From a virus (taxonomy: Duplodnaviria; Heunggongvirae; Uroviricota; Caudoviricetes), in the IMG/VR virus record IMGVR_UViG_2531839235_000007: a stretch of DNA of 4,287 bases. One strand, given 5' to 3'. Shown piece by piece: positions 1 through 4,287 of the stretch. Below the pieces are notes generated by a model. That model had not been told where the DNA came from. It saw only the letters and a list, made by a program, of their open reading frames with translations, and did no database searches. The translations under genes and the position numbers were made by a program. Each line of letters begins with the position of its first letter. The stretch's first letter is position 1.

Positions 1-486
1 CTCTGGATTGCTCAGATTGGCGCGATGACTGAACAGCAAATCCGGCAGGTCTGCCGTCAGTGCATGGACCGCTGCCGGGCGGGTGAAACGTGGCCTCCGG
101 ACCTGGCTGAGTTTGTGGCGTTGATTTCGGAGAGCGGGGCAAATCCATTTGGCCTGACGGTGGATGCCGTGATGGAGGAGTACCGTCGCTGGAGGAATGA
201 ATCCTGGCGGTACGACGGGAGTGATAAATACCCGTGGCCACAGCCGGTGCTGTACCACATTTGCCTCGAGATGCGTGACAGAGGGATTGAGCGGCAGATG
301 ACGGAAGGTGAGTTAAAACGACTTGCAGAACGGCAACTGACGAAATGGGCAAAGCAAGTTGGTAACGGGATGAGTATTCCCCCGATCCGGAGACAACTCG
401 CATCGCCGAAGTGCCCGCAAGGGCCAACGCCAATTGAATTACTGAAACAGGAATACGAGCGCCGGAAGGCGGCTGGTTTTGTTTGA
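1..486 (+). CDS. Replication protein P-like (lambda P family), 5'-truncated by the window edge
   Basis: Frame 1 is open from base 1 to TGA at 484-486 (track ORF 25..486 is the in-frame ATG portion). The translation recalls the lambda P C-terminal region: YPWPQPVLYH, TEGELKRLAERQL and IPPIRRQL versus my memory of lambda P YPWKSNAHYW, TDAELRRKAADEL and IPEPVKQL. This is from memory, not an alignment. Confidence 0.75.
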   Translation, partial: LWIAQIGAMTEQQIRQVCRQCMDRCRAGETWPPDLAEFVALISESGANPFGLTVDAVMEEYRRWRNESWRYDGSDKYPWPQPVLYHICLEMRDRGIERQMTEGELKRLAERQLTKWAKQVGNGMSIPPIRRQLASPKCPQGPTPIELLKQEYERRKAAGFV

Positions 487-519
487 ATCTGAGAAACGAT
501 TTTGTCGGAGGAAATTTTA

Positions 520-1236
520 ATGGAAACCGTATCTGACGCACTGAAAGCACTGAAAAGAGCCTCTTCACATGTGGTGGCAGCTCGCCTTGGAATTAGTCGT
601 GAAGAGGCTGTCAACGAACTGTGGAAACTGAAACGCCGTGGAGAAGCGGATAACAAGGGGGCGATATGGTGGCTGACTCAGGCTGGTGAAAGTGAACCGG
701 TGTCACCGGTACCGAAAGTGACGGCGCAAATGCTGACAGAGGCGATTGAACAACATGGCCCACAAACGGCGGATGAACTGGCATTGATGTTCGGAATTAC
801 CTCCCGCCGGGCGAATTCATCGCTGGCAATGGCAATCAGCAAAGGGTGTCTGATTCGCGTGAATCAGGATGGTAAATTTCGTTACTGCATACCGGGCGTT
901 GATTTACCGGCAGAGCCGAAAGCAGCATCCGTAGCTGAAACGGAGGGTAAAGCCCTTCCTCAGCCAGCTGGTGTTGCGTTACCAGTCCAGGAAACGGCTG
1001 CACAGGAAGAAATTAAAACAGAAGCGGTGGAGGACATTGTGAAGTTGCAGCAATCGTTCACTGAAGCGAAAGCAGATGACCTGATTCTACCATCGCTGCA
1101 TGTGGCTAACCGCGAGCTGCGCCGGGCGAAAAGTAATGTTCAGAAGTGGGAGCGAGTCTGTGCTGCGCTACGGGAACTGAACAAACACAGGGATATTCTC
1201 CGGGATATTACCGCCACCAGAGAGCAGCAGCGGTGA
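520..1236 (+). CDS. Hypothetical prophage protein with two winged-helix-like repeats and an acidic, coiled-coil-like C-terminal half (possibly DUF1627-type; family uncertain)
   Basis: Track ORF 502..1236 begins at a TTG; the in-frame ATG at 520 has GGAGGA 7 nt upstream, so 520 is preferred. Two similar segments (residues ~10-60 and ~75-130 of the track ORF) each look like helix-turn-helix plus wing. Stop TGA at 1234-1236. Confidence 0.75.
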   Translation: METVSDALKALKRASSHVVAARLGISREEAVNELWKLKRRGEADNKGAIWWLTQAGESEPVSPVPKVTAQMLTEAIEQHGPQTADELALMFGITSRRANSSLAMAISKGCLIRVNQDGKFRYCIPGVDLPAEPKAASVAETEGKALPQPAGVALPVQETAAQEEIKTEAVEDIVKLQQSFTEAKADDLILPSLHVANRELRRAKSNVQKWERVCAALRELNKHRDILRDITATREQQR

Positions 1237-1550
1237 GTGGCTGGAAGAAGTGGCGCTGGGCTGAAATCCTGATACTCCGGCAGTGTGCGGGAACGATGAG
1301 AGTCGAAAGCATCGGTTATCTGATTGGCCGTAGTGAGTCAGCCGTCAGGACGAAAGCGCGGGAACTGGGTATCAGCATGATGTTACGGGGTGATTATCAC
1401 CAGTCAGCCAAATGTTCACAGCGTGATATTGAGCTGGCGTGGCAACTGCATCAGCGTGGTGTACCCCGACGGGAAATTGCCGAAAAGTTTGGGATGAAGT
1501 TGGGCGCAGTGAATAACTACGTTTATTTCGACAGGAGGGTTCAGGAGTGA
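1233..1550 (+). CDS. Small DNA-binding protein with two tandem helix-turn-helix-like motifs
   Basis: Same frame as track ORF 1146..1550. GTG at 1233 overlaps the upstream TGA (GTGA), which suggests translational coupling; ATG at 1296 is an alternative start. Segments WAEILILRQ...[21 protein letters not shown] and [29 protein letters not shown] look like two HTH units; the first needs the 1233 start. Stop TGA at 1548-1550. Confidence 0.65.
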   Translation: MSGWKKWRWAEILILRQCAGTMRVESIGYLIGRSESAVRTKARELGISMMLRGDYHQSAKCSQRDIELAWQLHQRGVPRREIAEKFGMKLGAVNNYVYFDRRVQE

Positions 1551-1849
1551 GGGTGAGGGTTTATATCGCCGGTCCGATGACGGGATATGAAAATTTTAAC
1601 CGCGAGGCATTTCACAAAACGGAAGAGGTGCTGAAACGGGAAGGGCATACCGTTTTAAACCCGGCAGTACTTCCGGACGGGCTGACTCAGCCACACTACA
1701 TGGATATTTGCATGGCAATGCTCCGTTGCGTGGATGCGGTTTACATGCTGAAAGGCTGGCAGCAGTCGGCAGGTGCAGGGGCTGAGCTGGCACTGGAGGA
1801 GAAACCGGGCCATGCGGTGATTTTTCAGGAGGTGGGCAGTGAATATTGA
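1547..1849 (+). CDS. DUF4406-like protein (nucleoside 2-deoxyribosyltransferase-like fold)
   Basis: Track ORF 1547..1849. GTG start overlaps the upstream stop (GTGA); AGGAGG at 1533-1538 precedes it, and an in-frame GTG at 1553 is an alternative. N-terminal VYIAGPMTGYENFNREAF and later AVYMLKGWQQSAGAGAE match my memory of the DUF4406 signature. Stop TGA at 1847-1849. Confidence 0.7.
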   Translation: MRVRVYIAGPMTGYENFNREAFHKTEEVLKREGHTVLNPAVLPDGLTQPHYMDICMAMLRCVDAVYMLKGWQQSAGAGAELALEEKPGHAVIFQEVGSEY

Positions 1850-2156
1850 CCCGGCGATAACGATTGATATGGCCCTGAACGCCGGCCTGGCACTTCTTGG
1901 TTATTTCTACATTATGTTCTGCAGCGGACGATGGCTGTCACTGTTGTTCATGAAAAAATGGAATAAACGCCGTAAGCAGGAGCAACGCCAGAAGGCAATG
2001 GATGCATTTTTCGAAGCCTTCGGAATTGACGGCATGGAACCAGGGGATCCAGCTCGCGCAATCAGCAGAGGGGGTGTAGTAATCCTTGTATATCGGAGTG
2101 AAGAGAAAAATGACGATCACAAAACAACGTGTAGAAGAAATCATATCCCGCATTGA
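1839..2156 (+). CDS. Possible small membrane protein (one predicted transmembrane helix followed by a basic stretch)
   Basis: Track ORF 1839..2156. GTG start with AGGAGG at 1827-1832, 6 nt upstream; ATG at 1869 is an alternative. Hydrophobic segment LALLGYFYIMFCSGRWLSLLF followed by KKWNKRRKQEQRQK. It overlaps the upstream gene by 11 nt and the downstream gene by 47 nt, so its true extent is uncertain. Confidence 0.4.
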   Translation: MNIDPAITIDMALNAGLALLGYFYIMFCSGRWLSLLFMKKWNKRRKQEQRQKAMDAFFEAFGIDGMEPGDPARAISRGGVVILVYRSEEKNDDHKTTCRRNHIPH

Positions 2157-2427
2157 AATGTATGGACATGGTGCAGGGTATATCGCAGACGAGGTTAATG
2201 ATCTGGCTATACTGGCGCTGAATTTATCAAATATCGCGAACCTGAAGCGATACGAGCTTGATATGGGAGGTTGCGACTCGTGCGGTCAGGATTGTGGCGC
2301 TGATATGACTGAAGATCCTGATGGTGATTATGTCCTGTTTGATGACGTGGTTAAGTTGTTTGAATTTGATACAACCACTCAAAAGTTAGAAATCCCGGCA
2401 AAGGAGGCAGCCAGTGGGCAAGATTGA
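2110..2427 (+). CDS. Hypothetical prophage protein with a Cys-rich CDSCGQDC motif and acidic C-terminus
   Basis: Same frame as track ORF 2086..2427, which begins at a TTG. ATG at 2110 with a purine-rich GGAGTGAAGAG stretch upstream is preferred. Stop TGA at 2425-2427. Confidence 0.65.
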   Translation: MTITKQRVEEIISRIEMYGHGAGYIADEVNDLAILALNLSNIANLKRYELDMGGCDSCGQDCGADMTEDPDGDYVLFDDVVKLFEFDTTTQKLEIPAKEAASGQD

Positions 2428-2851
2428 CTATCAGGCACTGCGTGAGGCAGCACAAAACTATCAATCGACGCTGGCGTGGTATCAGGCTACCCCGGACAGC
2501 CCAAATGCTGAACGGGATTGTGATGCGGCTCTTGCTGCGTTTAAGCGTCACATCCGTCATCGGGAAGCGGATATTATCGCTGATTTGCTGGATGGACTGG
2601 AAGAAGCAAAATCACAACTCAACGAGCAGCGTGAGTATTACGAAGGCGTTATCTCTGATGGGAGCAAGCGTATTGCTGAACTGGAAGCGCGGGAAGTTCA
2701 ATTACCGACTCGCTACGACCTTCGATATGGACACCCGATAAATGCAGATGAGCGACATGTCATGATACCTAAAGAAAATGGCAGTTGGCTTTACCTGATT
2801 GACCTAGAACACGCATTACGCGTCGCTGGCATTCGCATCAAAGGAGAGTGA
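2414..2851 (+). CDS. Ea22-like prophage protein (putative)
   Basis: Track ORF 2414..2851. GTG start with AAGGAGG at 2401-2407, 6 nt upstream. The N-terminus IDYQALREAA resembles, from memory, the N-terminal signature of ead/Ea22-like E. coli prophage proteins. Stop TGA at 2849-2851. Confidence 0.7.
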   Translation: MGKIDYQALREAAQNYQSTLAWYQATPDSPNAERDCDAALAAFKRHIRHREADIIADLLDGLEEAKSQLNEQREYYEGVISDGSKRIAELEAREVQLPTRYDLRYGHPINADERHVMIPKENGSWLYLIDLEHALRVAGIRIKGE

Positions 2852-2852
2852 G

Positions 2853-3044
2853 ATGAACGGACAAATATCAATTGTTCGACCAGGAGCATGTGACGATCGC
2901 GAAATACGAATGATTATTCGTCTGGCGATGGGGAAAACAATAACAGCTCTCATTACTCCTGAAAATCTCGCATTAGCATTAACAGGAAAGTCAGACATGC
3001 CAGTAGAGCTAAAGCTGCGAAATGTTGAGATTAAGGTGAAATAG
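2853..3044 (+). CDS. Hypothetical small protein (63 aa)
   Basis: Track ORF 2853..3044. ATG lies 1 nt after the upstream stop (GAGTGAGATG) with AAAGGAGAG upstream. I recognise no family. Confidence 0.6.
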   Translation: MNGQISIVRPGACDDREIRMIIRLAMGKTITALITPENLALALTGKSDMPVELKLRNVEIKVK

Positions 3045-3046
3045 CT

Positions 3047-3604
3047 ATGACCACTATTACCAAAGATCGACTGCTGACAATCCAGCATTGGCGCGAAACA
3101 TACGGACCGGGTAGCAACGTTGTGCTTCCAGCAGAAGAAGCGGAAGAGCTGGCACGGATTGCGCTGGCATCACTGGCAGCAGTATCGGATGAACGAGCAG
3201 CCTATGAATTATTTATGGAGAAGCGTTTCGGAGAATCTGTAGATCGCCGCAGAGCAAAAAATGGCGATAGAGAATACATGGCATGGGATATGGCGCTTGG
3301 CTGGATTATCTGGTGTCACCGCGCCGCCATGCTTCAGGCTGGAAACTTTCGGGAAAATAAGGGTTCGTCAACCAATAATTTTCGGATAATCTCGGAAACG
3401 TCAACCAACTCTCCGGCAATCCCTGATGAGGTGTTGTCCGCAATCCTGAAGGTCGCCAGGCTTCGTGCAGATTTCGATGCTTCTGAAGTGGACAGGCGAG
3501 GTATCGGTAGTTGTCTGGATGAGGCCGAGCAAGAACTTATCGTTACCATTAACGAATACGCCAGTCAGATCGCAGTAGAAGCGACACAGGGGGAGAACCA
3601 ATGA
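3047..3604 (+). CDS. Hypothetical prophage protein (185 aa)
   Basis: Track ORF 3047..3604. ATG with AAGGTGA upstream, 2 nt after the preceding stop. Long uninterrupted frame in a same-strand gene chain. I recognise no family. Confidence 0.75.
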   Translation: MTTITKDRLLTIQHWRETYGPGSNVVLPAEEAEELARIALASLAAVSDERAAYELFMEKRFGESVDRRRAKNGDREYMAWDMALGWIIWCHRAAMLQAGNFRENKGSSTNNFRIISETSTNSPAIPDEVLSAILKVARLRADFDASEVDRRGIGSCLDEAEQELIVTINEYASQIAVEATQGENQ

Positions 3605-3678
3605 GCCGGCCAGATGCATTTGCAGGCGTTGCTATAGCTATTGCTTTTCTAGTATATGTTATTTGTCGGTGGGGGTAA
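3601..3678 (+). CDS. Candidate 25-aa hydrophobic micro-protein (MSRPDAFAGVAIAIAFLVYVICRWG)
   Basis: Hand-translated; too short for the ORF track. ATG at 3601 overlaps the upstream TGA (ATGA), with GGGGAGA about 8 nt upstream. The peptide is one predicted transmembrane helix. Stop TAA at 3676-3678. Confidence 0.35.
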   Translation: MSRPDAFAGVAIAIAFLVYVICRWG

Positions 3679-3713
3679 AAACGTTCGCCGGGATTCACAC
3701 CAAAGGAGGGAAT

Positions 3714-3818
3714 ATGTCGGATGATATTTCACTGGCAATGGAAGGTGCGCTGGCTGTTATTGCTGTTGTGGGCGTTTACTGCCTGGTTGTGTTTTTGATG
3801 GATCGACTAGGGAACTGA
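3714..3818 (+). CDS. Candidate 34-aa hydrophobic micro-protein (MSDDISLAMEGALAVIAVVGVYCLVVFLMDRLGN)
   Basis: Hand-translated. ATG at 3714 with AAAGGAGGG at 3703-3710, 3 nt upstream. Acidic N-terminus, then one predicted transmembrane helix. Stop TGA at 3816-3818. Confidence 0.45.
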   Translation: MSDDISLAMEGALAVIAVVGVYCLVVFLMDRLGN

Positions 3819-3826
3819 ATTCATTA

Positions 3827-3848
3827 CGATATGGGAATTCCCATATCG
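3827..3848. repeat. 22-bp perfect palindrome CGATATGGGAATTCCCATATCG
   Basis: The sequence equals its own reverse complement. It sits between the 34-aa micro-ORF stop and the predicted hok promoter -35. No U-tract follows on either strand. Confidence 0.6.
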
Positions 3849-3860
3849 GGTAAAAACGGT

Positions 3861-3888
3861 TTGCGGTAAAGCGAGAGTTAAGTAGAAT
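3861..3888 (+). promoter_or_regulatory. Candidate sigma70 promoter for the hok/mok mRNA
   Basis: -35 TTGCGG at 3861-3866 and -10 TAGAAT at 3883-3888, 16-nt spacer. This places the transcript start near 3892-3897, where the 5' sequence complementary to the window's 3' end begins. Confidence 0.4.
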
Positions 3889-3906
3889 TGCTGCGGGTGC
3901 TTGAGG

Positions 3907-3942
3907 CTGTCTGCCTCGGGCATGCCACCGTAAGGCAGACAG
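3907..3942 (+). other. Stem-loop in the predicted hok mRNA leader (10-bp perfect stem, 16-nt loop with an internal GGCATGCC palindrome)
   Basis: CTGTCTGCCT at 3907-3916 is the exact reverse complement of AGGCAGACAG at 3933-3942. The loop contains the self-complementary GGCATGCC at 3919-3926. Confidence 0.5.
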
Positions 3943-3944
3943 AG

Positions 3945-4015
3945 AAAAGCCCCAGTTAACATTACGCGTCCTGCAAGACGCCTAACATTAATCTGAGGCC
4001 AATTTCATGCTAGAC
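3945..4015 (-). ncRNA. sok: Candidate Sok-like antisense RNA (coordinates approximate)
   Basis: In hok/sok loci the antitoxin RNA is antisense to the mok translation-initiation region. On the - strand there is a weak candidate promoter: -35 TTGCCT (+ coordinates 4050-4045), 17-nt spacer, -10 TAACCT (4027-4022). A T-rich run on the - strand near 3949-3941 could mark the 3' end. I could not define a clean terminator hairpin. Confidence 0.3.
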
Positions 4016-4219
4016 ACATGTAGGTTAGCCTCTTACGCGCCGAAAGGCAAGGAGAAGCAGGTTATGAAGCAGCAAAAGGCGATGTTAATCGCCCTGATCG
4101 TCATCTGTTTAACCGTCATAGTGACGGCACTGGTAACGAGGAAAGACCTCTGCGAGGTACGAATCCGAACCGGCCAGACGGAGGTCGCTGTCTTCACAGC
4201 TTACGAACCTGAGGAGTAA
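4007..4219 (+). CDS. mok: Mok-like leader ORF, in frame with and containing hok (70 aa)
   Basis: Track ORF 4007..4219. ATG at 4007 with CTGAGG about 8 nt upstream. The N-terminal extension MLDTCRLASYAPKGKEKQV resembles the chromosomal MokC extension as I remember it. Confidence 0.55.
   Translation: MLDTCRLASYAPKGKEKQVMKQQKAMLIALIVICLTVIVTALVTRKDLCEVRIRTGQTEVAVFTAYEPEE
4064..4219 (+). CDS. hok: Hok/Gef family type I toxin (HokD/RelF-like, 51 aa)
   Basis: ATG at 4064 with AAGGAGAAG upstream. MKQQKAMLIALIVICLTVIVTALVTRKDLCEVRIRTGQTEVAVFTAYEPEE has the Hok signature: N-terminal transmembrane helix, the conserved TRK-LCE-R motif and a periplasmic tail. It is close to Gef/HokC and RelF/HokD as I remember them. 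Stop TAA at 4217-4219. Confidence 0.9.
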   Translation: MKQQKAMLIALIVICLTVIVTALVTRKDLCEVRIRTGQTEVAVFTAYEPEE

Positions 4220-4275
4220 GAGACCTGGCGGGGGAGAAATCCCTCGCCACCTCTGATGTGTCAGGCATCCTCAAC

Positions 4276-4284
4276 GCACCCGCA
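4276..4284 (+). other. Candidate fbi (fold-back inhibition) element at the hok mRNA 3' end, pairing with the 5' end at 3892-3900
   Basis: GCACCCGCA at 4276-4284 is the exact reverse complement of TGCGGGTGC at 3892-3900. Long-range 5'-3' pairing of this kind is the known tac/fbi mechanism of hok mRNAs. The window ends at 4287, so the element may be incomplete. Confidence 0.45.
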
Positions 4285-4287
4285 CTT

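Noticed and set aside
502-519. TTG start at 502 for the 244-aa ORF
   Set aside because: The in-frame ATG at 520 has a near-consensus GGAGGA at ideal spacing; TTG at 502 has none.
57-656. 199-aa ORF on the - strand
   Set aside because: It is antisense to the P-like gene and the start of the next + strand gene. Its translation is low-complexity (Ser/Arg-rich) with no good ribosome-binding site, so it is most likely a shadow ORF.
1146-1232. Upstream ATG extension of the tandem-HTH gene (track ORF 1146..1550)
   Set aside because: It would overlap the preceding gene by about 90 nt with no ribosome-binding site. GTG at 1233, coupled to the upstream stop, or ATG at 1296 are more plausible starts.
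1596-1793. 65-aa - strand ORF
   Set aside because: Antisense shadow inside the DUF4406-like gene.
2086-2109. TTG start at 2086 for the Cys-motif protein
   Set aside because: ATG at 2110 with a purine-rich upstream stretch is more plausible, and the extension adds only 8 residues.
1938-2153. 71-aa - strand ORF
   Set aside because: Antisense to the + strand genes at 1839-2427, with no supporting signals.
2424-2741. 105-aa + strand ORF in an alternative frame
   Set aside because: It lies entirely inside the better-supported Ea22-like gene (2414..2851), has no ribosome-binding site, and its translation is a compositionally odd Arg/Leu-rich sequence.
2816-3088. 90-aa - strand ORF
   Set aside because: Antisense shadow spanning + strand gene junctions.
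3334-3619. Two overlapping - strand ORFs (71 and 72 aa)
   Set aside because: Antisense shadows inside the 185-aa + strand gene.
3907-3953. The 10-bp stem-loop as an intrinsic terminator of the upstream operon
   Set aside because: It is followed by AGAAAAGCCCC, not a U-tract, and lies downstream of the predicted hok promoter, so it is more likely an mRNA leader structure.
1-4287. tRNA, rRNA, CRISPR array, IS element or integrase
   Set aside because: No direct-repeat/spacer periodicity, no terminal inverted repeats flanking a transposase-like ORF, and no tRNA-like stretch were seen. This was judged by eye only.

Overview
This window reads as the early-right accessory region of a lambdoid prophage in an enterobacterial (E. 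coli-like) genome, ending in a hok/mok/sok-type type I toxin-antitoxin locus. All convincing genes are on the + strand and tightly packed, several with overlapping stop/start codons (GTGA, ATGA). The window opens inside the 3' end of a lambda P-like replication gene, followed by about nine small genes. These include a protein with two winged-helix-like repeats, a tandem helix-turn-helix protein, a DUF4406-like protein, a possible small membrane protein, a Cys-motif protein, an Ea22-like protein and two further hypotheticals. Two very short hydrophobic peptide ORFs with strong Shine-Dalgarno sites sit between the last of these and the hok locus. The hok locus shows a Hok toxin ORF, an in-frame Mok-like leader ORF, a candidate promoter, and 9-nt complementarity between the predicted mRNA 5' end and the window's 3' end. 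No tRNA, rRNA, CRISPR array or IS element was seen. Family assignments are from reading the translations and memory, not from any search. The most likely unannotated items are the two micro-ORFs and a 22-bp perfect palindrome just upstream of the hok promoter.
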